From Ophelia neglecta (lineage: Eukaryota), in the NCBI GenBank assembly GCA_965285935.1, contig OZ260664.1:40486001-40550000 (forward strand): 64,000 bases of DNA. The letters run 5' to 3'. The position numbers and the translations under genes were made by a program. The notes below the pieces were generated by a model that saw only the letters and a program-made list of their open reading frames with translations, had not been told where the DNA came from and ran no database searches. This document shows positions 28,801-43,800 of this stretch, one piece after another (within the stretch, counting starts at the first letter, position 1; every line of letters begins with the position of its first letter).

Positions 28801-31800
28801 GAGCCAACTTCTTATTGTACAGAGCAGAAGATTTAAAAAAAAATCTTTTCCAAAACTTAACCTTGAAGTGGAAAGTCAAGGCTAAATTTAAAGTAACCAT
28901 TGGCTGAACATGGCTGTTGTGTTTATGATTATATTATACCACATAGTAGTTCTCAGCTCTCTCATCTCTTGGATGTAGTCTAATGAACTACCTCACTGTG
29001 GCAAATAAACTAAGGTAAACTTTTATTATGTAAACTGTTTATTATTGTCTTAGAAAGGCTTGCTAATAACTACCAGACACTTCTGTGCCTAACCATGTTG
29101 TATTTTGTGCTGCTGTCCAGTTCACACATGGATGTTGAAAAAAAAACCATGACGTTGAGGGGATTGATATTTTAAACTTCTAAATCTAAGGAAATATGTT
29201 ATGGGGTTTGGTTGGGTATGTTACCAATATTTATATTTACCATAATTGTATGAAAGGAATGAGCCATTAATCATAATAACAAATTTAATCAATATCTATT
29301 AAGGCCATTTTTAAATGGAAAAGTTCAATAAAAGTATCAGACCAAATCGAGAGTAACACAATGGATCACTTGAAGGACGCATGATTACTTCTCTTTAGTG
29401 AAAAGTTGGTAAACTGAACACAATGTCCCTCTTAGCTAGTATTATTCCTGAGCACTCATAAATCCCAGGTAGGATTGGAAATTTCATTTATTCAACAGAT
29501 TATAAATATTTTTTCATAATGAGACAATTTAGTGTATGTCCAGTTGTTCCATATTTATAATGAGGATAATGAGGCTACACATAGGGCAAAGCTGGCCACA
29601 CATAGAGCAGAACTGGCCACACATAGGGCAAAGCTGGCCACACATAGGGCAGAGCTAGCCACACATAGGGCAAAGCTAGCCACACATAGGGCAGAACTGG
29701 CCACACATAAGGCAGAGCTGGCCACATATAAGGCAGAGCTAGCCACACATAGGGCAAAGCTGGCCACACATAGTGCAAAGCTGGCCACACATAGGGCAGA
29801 GCTGGCCACACATAGGGCAGAGCTGGCCACACATAAGGCAGAGCTAGCCACACATAGGGCAAAGCTGGCCACACATAGGGCAGAACTGGCCACACATAAG
29901 GCAGAGCTGGCCACACATAAGGCAGAGCTAGCCACACATAGGGCAAAGCTGGCCACACATAAGGCAGAGCTAGCCACACATAGGGCAGAGCTGGCCACAT
30001 TTAAGGCAGAGCTGGCCACATATCGGGCAGAGCTGGCCACACATAGGGCACAGCTGGCCACACATAGGGCACAGCTGGCCACACATAGGGCACAGCTGGC
30101 CAAACATAAGGCAGAGCTGGCCACACATAGGGCAAAGCTGGCCACACATAAGGCAGAGCTGGCCACACATAGGGCAGAGCCAACCTCTTTCAAAATATAA
30201 TGAAATGCAGCCTACCTCAAAACATACTTAAAAGTTTAATAATTTGATAATAAGCGTGCATGTAAATATGTTTTTTCAAGAAACAAAATAAATGCCTGAA
30301 TTATATTTCTGACATGAGCTGTCAACTAATCATTTCTGGTTCATAGTTGCCTAAACAGCTCATTGTCAGACAGAATAATGAAACCACAACTGCTTTAATT
30401 GAATATGATGACCAATTTTATGTAATAGGCTGATGTTAATGTAAAGAAATATATTCCTATCAATATTTCAACATTTATGAAGCCTTCATGTGCAATTAAA
30501 GTGAAAGCAGTGCAATACAATAGGTATTAATCTTGTACCAGGAACATTTATAGATGTGAAGTACATGTACCTGATGTATAGTGGATTTTTGTGTATTTGT
30601 TCAGGTGAACTAGAATGTATGAGATGTTATCTGATGTCCTATTATCATCTGTTAGCATGCTTGCCTGTGTTATATGTAATACCTATACCACCCAGTTACA
30701 TGTACATGTGTCCCTTATGGCCATACAACTTTAATATTTGCCTATAGTACATGCTCCAGGGGTAACATCATTTACATAATCACCACAAGTGTGCACCATT
30801 AATAGGCCAAAATCCTTAAAGACAAACCCTCTGATACTGTGTTCTCTTCCACTCTTAAATGCCAACTTTCTCAATCCAAACACTATATACTGAATTTCTT
30901 GAAAGAATTGACTGTGTGTTTACCCAAAGCATAAAGTATGTGCACTTAATTCAAAACCCATTAAGTCTACTCTTAATTTACATCATCTTAAGTCAAACTT
31001 TAGTATGAAACTTACTTTTGTATCCAATGTACATGTAACACAGAAAGTTATCCCAATAAGAATGCAACTTGTGCTGAACTCCCACGAAAAAGATTTAGGG
31101 CGTGCTTGCTGAATATTTTCAGCTAGCAGGGCAGCGCAGCACTCCCTCCGAAAAGTATGAAGTCTGGCACTTGTATGTGCTATAGATGTGTATATCCTAC
31201 AGGCAGAGATATGCCAGCCGTCCACATCTGGTTTGTAGGACTAGCTATCAGTTTAGGTTATCCTATCAGTGCACATCCAGTTTGTTTCCCAGTGTACTAC
31301 CAGTTGGTCGTGCAGGTTATTTGTTGCACTACCACTGTAAGCTATCTGCTACCACAGGCCTGTCCTTAACTAAGCTTATGGCCGCTTCCTTTCACCTGTA
31401 ACCTAGAAACTTTTTATGGCTGACTACATCAAAGTACAAGTAGCTTCAATAATTAACATTCAAATATACATACATGTTCATGTATAGCTATTTGCAACAC
31501 AACAATTTTGCAAAGTAAAAAAGTACTGAAAACCTTACAAAATCAAACAGGTAGACTTGGGTCTATATAAATAGTTAAACTGGCATACAAAATTGCCTCT
31601 AATGTATGGAACATATTGAACTAAGGTAATTTGCTGATAGCTGTGTTTACTGCCTATGACTTTAACCAACCTCTAGCAAACAGTGGTGACGTGTATTGCA
31701 GGGAACCTTAATACACAGCTTCAGCCCATTTTGGAAACTATAATGGGCCCCTATGCTAGCATATTTAGCACACTAGTCCGATCCCCATAACTCATTGGCT

Positions 31801-34800
31801 CGGGCAATCATTTTGTAGTTTTCATAAATACCAACGTCACAGTTTGGTATAGCAGCACTGTAGCACACTGCACTGCTGTTCAATATCAGACACCCTAACA
31901 TATACAGGTCGAACAAAACACACTTTCTTCTACAAAGTTCAGTGATTTAACTAGGCCAGATGCCAGAGCTAATTTAACCAGGTATCAAATACATCAATAC
32001 AGGTGTTTTATTGAAATAATTCCTATTATGCAGGTAACTGAAGTGGACACTAGTGTGGCTAGTCTTAATAATTATCTTGTCTTGTTTGACTGAAAAGACC
32101 AACCTTATTTACTGACACAGAAGTTTTCTAAGCACAAACCCTGGCAAGTAAGTGCAGACACGGGTCTATGAAATAATTGGACTATGTACCAACTTGATAA
32201 TTACCAACTAAATATCCTGTATTGTCCATTGGTAAATAAGATAATTAAGGCAAATATGTATAAGTATCTATACAGGGTCTACATTTAATCACAAAGTAAA
32301 TACCAAAACCCTCTGGAAATCCTTATGTATTCATACATGTACATTCAATGTACATTCAATTTGGCAGTTGACTTGGGCACTTGGATCTTGCCAGAAAATG
32401 GTGCAGACTTTTTATCAAGTGAAGTAATACCTGAGCGTTGTTCATACTTATCTCAAACCTCCTAGCTAGGGTATTAATGTATTGTATAGACCTGTTATCA
32501 CCAATACTGGTCTGTGGTGCATGACTCGGCCCCGCACATGGATTTTAAAGTTGTTTACCCAGTAACCAAGAAGCTTAAGCTCCCCAACAGAGCTCCATGT
32601 CTGTAGCAATACATCCAATGGACATTTTAGGCTCTATATATCACCCCAATGATTAGTGACAGAGATTAGTGACTTACTGGAAAACACAATGTCAAATAGG
32701 CCTGCTGGCGTCCACTTACTCAAACAGCCTAAATAACTTTACATGAAATTAACACATGTATTCCTGCACAAGCAGAAAGTACAGGTATGGCTGCATTTCA
32801 TTAATGCACCACAATACATGTATTTTCTGCCAGACTTTCAATCATAAAACTAATGAAGTCATATTAGTCACTACATCTTTTGCAATTTATTTTTCAGAAA
32901 ATATGCCATTAAATAAAAGTATAAAAGTTGTAGTGTAATAGTTGCATGATATTTATAAATGAAATGTTTTTCGTCTGTAAAACTGCTACTTGTGCCTGCA
33001 TATTGAGTATATTTTTAAATATTCTAAAGGCCATTCTTAGGCCACTAGCATATCCTACAAACAGGCATCATATCTAACAAACTGTCAGCATGTTTACTTT
33101 TGTTTAAAAAAATGGAAAAAAAGGGAAGATAAATCACCTTTCATCAACAAAAGGAAGTCACGTTAGCTGCATTTGAATGCATATGTGGGAGTGAAAATGA
33201 CATGAATTGTAAACCCTTTTTTCTTACAGTGATGAACTTAATGGCCTCCAATTCACATGGGTCGAAGGGGCATGAACCTGGGCCATGTAGACGGACAGCT
33301 CACAGTGCAGGTGGACAGGGGACTCATCAGAGCCTGACATGAACCGTATCCCAGACATATAGTATTCCACACTCCACTGCTCCTTGTTGACAATTCTTGA
33401 TGTGTCTGGGCTTACACCTTTGAAACAAACATTAAAGCTGGGTTTTTGCCACAAAGACAGAAAAAAAATTCTGGGCGTATTTTAATACCTATTCTTCTGG
33501 ACAACAGTTCCCAGACTACCGGTAGCTAGTTTTTAAGGTAGCTACCTTAATGGTTCAGTGCCTGTGAAGACTTTAAGGCAAGTTATATAAATCACTTTCT
33601 ACTGTAAATACATGCATATGTGGGTGAATATTTTCTTTGTGTATGTTTTGTTTTAATAAATGAATTATGATATATAGCTTTTGTTTGTTGTCTTGCAAAG
33701 GTGTAATTAACTTACCAAATTATCACTACCATTTATCACAATAAACATGTTACATGCAGGCTTTATTATTTATTAACGTACATAATTCATATAAAATCCA
33801 GACGCTTGATCATCTAAACATCAGATTGTTCTTACAAATTAACTATCCCTGGAGATTTTTAGATAATCTGGCCTGTACTGTATATGTATATGAATATGTG
33901 CAAGACAAGCATTCTCAGAGCAAACTTTATAGCTAGCAGGGTTAATTGTGCCTCTGGCAATATGCCAAATTGATCAGTTTTAAGTACAAGTTAGCTCTCA
34001 TAATGCTTGAATGTCTTACCTTCCCTATTGTACCTTACACCCAGATAAATGGTCTAGTGGTCAATTATGTGTGTAAGCTGGTTTGGCAATGCATGCTAAG
34101 TACAATAGTACCAACTCAAAATATAATAGTAAATACTGCAATGTATAGTTATTTACAGTTGCAGCAATCAGGAAAATAGAATTTAAAAAGCACAAATGCT
34201 GTTTGTTTACTCTCCATCAAAAATACTGGAATGTCAACTTGAGCTTGGATTCCTTGAGCTTAGCCATACTTATGATTCATGGGCATCATTTAACATAATT
34301 TGACTGGAATTAAATTGCCTTGCTTTTGGGGCACAAGGCATTTACAAACACAAGCCGCCACCCCCTCCTGTTGGACAGACCACTCTGGACAAAGTCAAAA
34401 TAAAGGCCAAACTTATCAAGGTAATAAAAAACATTTCTCCTAAACTAACTAAGAAATGCAAAGAAGGAAAAAGTACTGTTCACACCCAACCCTTCTCCTG
34501 CATGGGAAAAAAAGAGAGTAGTAACCAGCACAAAAAGTTGCTTACACATATTTGCTGATATGACACTACTTGCTTTGGGATCTAGACAGTAGTACTGGAT
34601 TACATATAAATCCCACTACCCAGCTAGCCAAGGGAAAGTTTACTACTCAAGGAAACTAAGCAGAAACATTTTGATACTCAATGAATGGACTGCATCATCG
34701 GAGTATGGCATTTAAAATGTCAAAGACAGTATTGACTTTTATTGATATTGCCCTTTCACTGCCAACTTTTGTTGACAATATGTTTCGTTGCCATTTACCA

Positions 34801-37800
34801 AGTAGCACATTTACCAAGTAACACAAAAGTACGGTTACCATGGCATCTGCCAGAATATTCCATATGTAGCTACACACGTTACCTATTGGAATGCAAAGTT
34901 TAACAACGATATCTATTGATACCATGTTTGTAAAAACCTCAAATTTGAAACATATAAGGGAACGTTCATTATTTATGGCCGGGGGGGGGGGGGGGGGTGG
35001 TAAATTTGGGGGGGACAGTTTTTTTTCAACCCATTTCCATGGGGGGGACAGTTTTTTTTCAACCCATTTCCATGGGGGGGACAGTTTTTTTTTAGTCTAT
35101 TCACAGGGTGCGCAATTTTATTTAGAAATATATATTGTACAAAAGTGTGTAGTGAAACTGATAAAACTTAGCCAAATTCTGTCTTTGATGGGGGGGGGGA
35201 GGGGGGGGCAATTTTTTTCCCACCTATTTCCAGGGGGGGGGGCAATTTTTTTTTGACGTACTCATTTCAAAAATTTACCACCCCCCCTGGCCATAAATAA
35301 TGAACGCTCCCTAAATAGGAAGAAACTGGCACACACAGGTTTGCAGCTACGATAATCTTTGTCAGTGAAAGTATCAACCTAGTCTGCACTCCTATCAAGG
35401 CAGCCATTAAGGTGCAAATCTCAAGAGGGATTTTGCAAGCGTTAAGGGGTCTTTGAGGAATAGGTTTTAAAAAGCCAGGATTAAACATCATAAGCAGCAG
35501 GTGGTTTGTACTTACTACACTCATCTATCAACAGTTTTTTGTACAGGCAGCTTTTCACACCAAAAATCAGACTTTTTCATAGCTGCCAAGACCCATCTCA
35601 GACTAAAAGTAAAGTATTAAATCACCTGAAACTCAAACTCATGAAAGGTTTTAATTAAAGAGAGTCCATACATGGAACGGTACAGTTACTCAAAATATAA
35701 TCAAAGCATCATGCAAAATGGCTGTGAACATAGCATTATTACAAATGATCTGAGCCGGCCTAGGATAGGTCAAGTATGGCCACCCTTAAATCCAACAAAG
35801 AGTGGCCCTACATTGCAAGTGGCCCTCCTTTAGAGGTAATTTAACATGAAAAAGATAGGAAATGGGAATTTAAAAACTAACATGCCATCGCAGGTGGCCC
35901 TTCATCAGAAGGGGCCTAGATCACAGGGACCACTGTATTGTCTGGGTCTGCCAAATCAAGTCAGTAGAAAACCGATGCATAATGGTTGATGAAGAAGTGG
36001 GCTCCAGATCCATGTTGCCATGGGGACATATCCCAGCAAACTTTATCATATGAAGGGGGGGGGGGGGGGGAGGATGCATGTATGGTTACACTGGCAGGTT
36101 AAATGATGTTCTATGCTTTATTTTGTGTATTATCTTGGCAAAAGGCAGGTATAACCATACAGGCCTGTTTGTAGATAGTTTATAAATCTAAAGTTTCTAA
36201 ATGCAGTGAATGCATTGAAGGGGACAGGTGGTCACTTGTGGATGAATAGTGCTATGGGCTGTGGGCATTGATGCCCTGGGTAATATATTGCCTGTGCTGA
36301 GACCATCTACCCTGCTCACACTGCCTTGTGTTACTTATTGGCTGAGCCATATGGGATGAAGATAAGAGTCTGCCAGCAGTGACCCAACAACAGCAGGAAG
36401 GACCTGTGAGATTATAGTGTCACAGTTCTCTATGTTCTCCTTCACAGGCATGTGGGTGGGTGATACCTATTCATAGCCAACTGCCAAAGAACCTTACCTG
36501 GTGTGCCAGTGCACATTTAGGAGGGGATCTGTTATCTGTTATTAAAAATGGACTGGTGATACATGTATGTATATGCAATATATATAGAGGCAGGAGACAT
36601 TCACGTAGACACTGGGACAAAGATCCACAGGTAGACAGACAGACAGACAGACCAGACAGTCACATCTCAGTAAAAGTACCTATCTACCTTTTCATCATCA
36701 GAGGTGTCAAGTGTAGATCAAACATACCAGTTAGTGAATATTTATTATAATTATTATAGATTATCACTCCAGTATATTGCCGAGGAGCTATAACAAGGGT
36801 TAAACAATTGATTTACACAGAAACTGTAAATGGCAATAAACATGAATTACTGGTACTAAAAATCCAGGACATTACTGAATTACTGGTACTAAAAATCCAG
36901 GACATATTGATCCCAACTGTTTGATTGCTTAATAGCTGAGTCTGCAACTTTAAAACTATTTTTCAGCTATTATTATGGCCCTTGTACCAAGAAAAGGAAC
37001 AAAACAGGATAGGGATTGTAGTTGAATAATCAAAAGTAGCCAGGACAGAAAGATGTTGATTGTCTTAGCTTGATCATCACCAACTATGCAAAAAGTTCTA
37101 AATTGACACGAAACAAAAGTACATGTAGCAACATTATTATGTCAGAGAGGCAGCTTTCTGATTTTGTCAATCGAGTATTATTGATCAACCAACCTGTGTT
37201 TCCAATTGTATGTTTAAGGCTGCTGCATCCAAATCCCATTTGCTACTAAGGAATTTCTGCATTCACTTGATAATTAATATAAAGACTAATAATTCAGAAA
37301 CATGTGCTGCAGCTTAGAAACTTCTAGAATCATCCACATATCTTTAATCCAACAGAGCACACAATGTAGAAGACAGCTAATATATCAGGACCAGAAAACC
37401 AGAAAACTGACTCCTCCGCTATGACAAAATACATCTAGGCAGATGACTAGAGGACCCTTATACCTGGATTACCAGGTATATGGGACTACATGTACACACA
37501 TCTTTATACACGTTGATCTATAGGTGCGTAAGTACACCATTAATAGTCATTAGTGCCAATGCCAGAAGCTTGGCATTAGACATTCAGTAATTGGTCTGGA
37601 TCCCATGCACTTCTGAGAGTATGATCAGCCTCTTTCAGAAAATGACATTTGGTACATAAACAAACAGCTTGTTAGCAATTATTGCTTTTTGTCTAGGGTA
37701 GAATCAGATTTATGGCAGTCACAAACTGCAACATCGCTGTCCTGAAAAACAAACCACTCAAAGAATATAGGTTCAGCTACAATACTTTATAACCCAATAA

Positions 37801-40800
37801 CTATAGATATCCTTGACTTCTAGTACTACCATTGAAAAAACATATTTTTCCACAAAATGGGTTGATCCCATTTTGCACCTGCTTGAAAATACTGCGTAAT
37901 GAAATCCTCAGCTATATAATTCAACAAGGGCATCAACTGACAATATAAGCAAAATTAATGCCAGTGAAATAGTACTGAAACCAAAACTGCAACATTACTG
38001 TGGAATTGGTTGTGCCATTAATACTCAAGACACACCATATAATTTTATGTGCCATGCTTTTATTGTCTTTCATTTTCTGAAGAAAAAAGGTCATTTAAAT
38101 TACAAGGAACAAGTCTGAGACAAACTTTCCTTAGTTTTATAGAAAAAGTAACAAAAAACACATATAGTGAAACCTGGTCTAAAGGGCACCTGGAAATTAG
38201 GGTCACCTGGTAATTAGGGACTTCTACATTAGGACCCAATATATCATTTTATATGTACATTAACCCTGAAATTAGGGGCACCTTAGAAAACAGGGCACTT
38301 TAACACAGTCCCTTGCCTGTCCCTAATTTCCAGGTTTCACTGTAGATAATAAATTGCCTTATATTGCTATTAAATCATTTAACCATGGAAAAATGAACTA
38401 AAACAAGGTGTTTAGAAACACAAGCCCCCCACCAATTGAAGTGGCAAGAAAAGCAAAAAAGAGTTTCCTTCACTGGTGTCACTGTACATATATACCCTCC
38501 AACCCCTGCCCTCCCTTCTTCCCAACTCTTCCCCAACCTATCCCCCACCCACCCACCGACCCACCCACACACACCAACCCCCCCCCCCCCCCTCTCCTGC
38601 CTTCCACTCTTATTAAACCCTCCTTGGCATTCAACACTAGTACTTATGTAAGCTTATACACTGTACATGCAAAACATACATAATGAAGCAGGAGGCAGAG
38701 CTTTTAAATTTATAGTGCTAATTTAACTATGAGTCGTCAGAGCCTACAGACTACAGCTGGACCTGTTTTCCTAGATTGGCCATTTCAAGCAAAAATGTAA
38801 TTTAATATTTTGTTCAAATAAAACTAATCCCTACCAAAAAAAAAATTTGCTCAAAACATTTAAAATTACCTGATTTTTTATTTAACCAGTTCATGTTAGG
38901 CTTAAAACGCTTCCTCACTGTCAATTCAGCCCTGGAGCTCCAATACATTTTGCGCAATATAGTTAACAGCTTTTGCCACCATATTGCTGTAGAGGAAGTA
39001 GTATACACACTAGGGTGGCACCACCTATCTCAAACAAATATCCCAAGCCTATATACCATACCTGTGCGATATAGTAAATGTAGGCCTAATGGTTGCCGAG
39101 CCATACCCAAAATAAATGGTGGCAGTGGCGGCGGAGGATGTGGGAATTAAACACCAGGTTTAATCGTATTATACCTAGAGTACAAGGTAGGTCACTGCAT
39201 CATATGGTAAAAATCAGATAATTTATATATGTACAAACTATTTTTTAAAGACAATATGGATCATTAACTTTAGATGGTATTTGAATAATACCCATATGTA
39301 TTACTATGGTCCAGACATCATTTCTTCTAAAAGTCTTGTAAGATACTTTAAGGCTGCTGCACCAAAATCTCATTTACTACTTATGAAATTCTTCATTCAC
39401 ATGACAATTAATATATGACTCTGAGGTAAATTGGTGTATCCAGGTATGACATTATTTTAAGGTATCATTGCACCTCTTTTTTCCTGTTTTTTCCCATTTT
39501 CAGTATAAAAAAAATCCCAATGGAGACACAAGGAAGAAATTTCCATCAACACTTTCAATCAAATCCCATTTGGTTGTTTAAATCATTTCTATCTCAAACA
39601 AACCAAAGGTTTCCAGAACTATAAATCAATTTCTTGTCAATAATTATGTATGTTAATGTTGCATGAGTTATATTTTCACTGGGAATCCTACACTGAAGAA
39701 ATAGGAAAAATGGAATAAATATAACTACTGTATTTGATCAAATAGAAGGCACGTGCTATTCTTAGTTTTAGAGTAAAGTTGGGCCTTAGCTCATCTTTGG
39801 ATTTTTATAATTAAAATCTTATAAAGGAATTTTGTTTTTCAAATACCCAAGATTAGCACACAAATTCCATTATTTACAAGAACTGAAAATAAACAAGTCT
39901 TCCATGCTCTTAAATATGGTAATGCATTTGAAGTTGTAAAAAGGAAGTTACTAATTCCAGCAAAGGTACATTTTTTCATATTGCTAAATTTCATTCAAAA
40001 ATTTAAAATGGTATCATAGCATTTGGCCCAGTGCCAAAATCACTGTGCCATCGATTTTGATTCAGTAAAACCAATGTCATCGCAGCAGATGCATGGACAT
40101 GAAAATAAGAGAGAAATCAAACAGAAATCAAGACCAGAGTAATGAGAGGAGCGATCTAGATTCAAGCAAGTAGGAACAGATAGTACTTTTGTATCTGGCA
40201 CCAGGGGGCGGTAAGAAGCAGGACTTCACATTGACATTCACAGAACCGGTGCTAAAGACCCTTTGCCGGCTGTGTGCAAATCCAAACATGCCAATGCCAG
40301 AAGTGAACAAGTACCTTGCCAAAGCTGCTGCAACAAGTGCCAGCCTGTAGTTTAGCTTCGTATAAATTTGCTTCTGATGTTTATCAAATTGCTGTCAGAC
40401 TGTGCATCGGTGCCATTGACACCCGTAAGAGATAATACCAAATGTGATTACCATATCTCAAAGAGTATTTATTGAATCCACTGGACAAAGCACTGATTTC
40501 GTCATGGTGGACAAGACATACCAATGCATGCCTCATGGCATCCACCTTGTTTTTGGAAATGTTGATATCCATTACCATCTGAACTATTGGCACCCTAAGA
40601 GTCATGCCAAGTATAATAACAATATCCCCTTTTTTTGTTTAATTCAAGGGACAAGATTAGAAAATGCACTAATTGCCTCATGCCAGATATCTTTATTTTT
40701 ACATTTACCTAGCTTAAACCTAATACCATCTGAGCTATAAGCTATTGGCTTCCTTAAGATTCATGTCAAGTTTGATAACCATGCCTACAAGACAAGATGG

Positions 40801-43800
40801 GGACAGACGGACAGGATGCATGGACAGATTAAACTAATAGTCAACCGTCCCACTCTTCAACTGATGGGGAATCAGAATACAGATTAAGCAAAAATAGAAT
40901 TAAAATCTTATTTAAGATTTTAAGTCTCAAACAAACAAGCCACACAAAGAACAAAACTGTGTAATGATGTAGGACATTCACTATTTTAACCTCCTGAAAC
41001 ATACAGAATAGCAGAGCTTTATCAAAATTAGTTCTAAAATAATATACAAAACACTATTATAATACTAGACAAAAAGTCCACCTGGTTCACAATGTGTAAC
41101 CTTATGTGAGACCTGCTGATTCGGAGCATGGCTGCAGAATAAGACTGAAAGAAATGGCAATATCAGCTGGCTTGGCTTAAATGCAGCAAGAAAGGTTAAA
41201 AATTTAATGAAGATGTATCCAGAAGAGGTTAATATACATACAAAAATTAGTATAGTTGAAACCATGAAATAGAAATCTGTTGACATGTTTAATTGTGATT
41301 TTCCAAAAAAAATGCCCATCTGTATGGCTCCTTAACTGGGGTGTTTCAATGAGTTACTTATGTATTACAATGCTATAATGACATCATTTGAATGCAGGTG
41401 TCACACTGTGTCAATGAGCAATTATAATGTACACAATTTAATTATAATAATATTCTTACTGAAGAGAAATTTCTGCAGGAAAAGTTTGGAGATCATAAGT
41501 CTGTCTATGTGGAAGTCCTCAAACATGGGATTATTATCCATTAAAAAAAATCACCGTACAAATATCACCAGTTTTACGTGTCCAAAACTTTTACTTCTTC
41601 AATTGCAAAAGTGGGTATGCATGAGCAATTTTTTATGTTAGGGCCAGCGAGAAACAGAAGGCTGTGCCGCATGCTAAGATCCTTCGTTAAGAAGAATATC
41701 AAGATTTCATTATCTTCTTGAGCCACACTCTTTTGTTACTGTTTTTTCAGCAAAATAACCACAAGAGTGATATGGAATACGTGCTTTGTGGAAATGACAA
41801 ACATGGGTATCGCTAACCTAGTTTTGTAACTGCATTTCAAAAGATCATTTTAAGTTAAGTTGTGACTGAAAAATGCCCTACTTGCATGGAAACAATATCT
41901 TCTGGTTGTTATAAGAGTCAACTTAGAAGGTCAGGTCTGTTTCATTGGCTGTCTCGCCCAAATACTGCCTAGGCTAAGTTGTGTTTTATAAATATTTTTT
42001 GATAAATCACTTAACTGACAAAAATACTCTACATTAGGTGACATGCTCGTAATTTCACCATTGCCAAATTTAAAATACTACATACATGGGGAGTGCCCCT
42101 GGTATCTGCCATTACGCTATTACAGTAACTTTAATGTCAGTAATAAAGTTTGCCAACTTGCGCCCACAACATGAAGGTACAACACAAAGAAAGTTTTCAA
42201 AATTTTCCTTTAACATTACTTAATTGTTCAAACATCAAAGAATATGTTTTCTGATTTTTCACACCACATAAAGTATTGGCCTAGGTGTACATCAAAGAGT
42301 CATTCAGCAAGAATTTTAACAATGCAAGAACAATTATTATTATTTGAGCAATGCATTTCTAAAAGCCTTTAAAAATACTTGTCAATAATGAAGAATAACC
42401 AATTTATTTTAATAATATGGCAACTTTGAAATGAAAAACAGTGCCGTAAGTTGAATCAGGGGAACCAGTGTCGACAAGTTATGCATTCTTCCAGAGTCCA
42501 GTTTAGGGGTATACTGAACCTCTACTGGACTTTACATGATATAATTGATTTCTGTCAAAGATTATCATATATACAACAAATCTTTCATAATATTTTGTGT
42601 CCACAAGGTACCAAAAAGCCAATGAGTGGAAATTTCTGAAAAAAATTGAAAATTATGACTTTGAAGCACTTTTTATGAGCAAATATAGGTATTTTTTACG
42701 AAGGTTGCCATGGAGCACTGAAATTAATTATAAGTGTGACAGTTGTGCCAATGAGTTCCTAAGAGTGTATACTAGTAAAGGATCATTCAGAATTTCCAAA
42801 TTCCTCTCCTAACCAGTGATTTTGATAGGTTTTGTAAGTAGTCAACTAAAAGTGGACACTACATGTACATGAAGCACAATAATCAGTATTTGTCGTCATT
42901 TTCATCGGGCTCTATGACAAAGCTTGCTATATATTCTGTAGACCTATTACATAATATTATTGACAAGTTTATTGTCATATGAAAATTTGGACACAGCCTC
43001 TTTCTTGGAGCCATTTTACACATGTTCTATTAGTGATTAATTGGGCACACTAACATTTTATGAACAGGTATCCCTCCTGTTATAATATTCAGTTTATCAC
43101 AACTATCAGTGATCCAGTGAGAGTGGGGAGGAGTCTAATTGCCATTATTATCACTTACAAGGGCATTACCTGTAGGATAGCTCTATTTTACATGGGCGGT
43201 AAAACAGCGTAACCGTTGACTGGTGACGTCAGAGCCAGTCCGCTAATGAGAGGCAGTCCGCTAATGATTAGCAGACTGGTAGTGTTATATACATGCTCAT
43301 TAGTGACGTAAAGCCGGGTGGTACGATTATAATGATTAACCTTTAAATGCATTTATTAATATATATTTCCTGGAAATAGCTGAATTCCAAGATTTCACTA
43401 CAAATATGTGTATAAAATGTTTATTTTGATCATATTGTTTTCGAGAAAATTGGATAAATATTGCGTAGAGAGACATAAGTCGGCATATACATATCACAAG
43501 CATAAGTAGTATTACCTAGCAGTCTTATGGTGCCGATCACTGCTATAAAATACACATACTACTCGATAGGATACACAAAGCGGGGGCTATATTTCTTTCA
43601 TGTAGACACCAGAACGTCATTTAAGAAAGTGATAATAATAGTAATAACATGATTTTGACGGGCGTTACGTTACTTCAGTGTCCCTCCATAACTTATTAGC
43701 AGCCCTTCATAGTCATAGTACCCTCGGCTACCCCTTGGGCGCTATGACTATGGCGGGCTGCTAATAATTTATGTCGGGCCACTGATATATTGTAACGCCC

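Noticed and set aside
29532-30200. 222-aa ATHRAEL-repeat ORF and overlapping ORFs
   Set aside because: Product of a 21-bp minisatellite open in several frames on both strands; GTG start, no unique sequence, and no spacers, so not a CRISPR array.
33228-33417. GC-richer exon-like segment with AG/GT borders in intron 1
   Set aside because: At 190 nt it would shift the SPA17 frame, and I recognise no protein in any frame. It could be a non-coding or poison exon, but I cannot support that.
38868-39008. Minus-strand frame ending at a phase-1 donor (NKKS G|GTAATT)
   Set aside because: Sits in repeat-like sequence with no targeting motif; likely chance.
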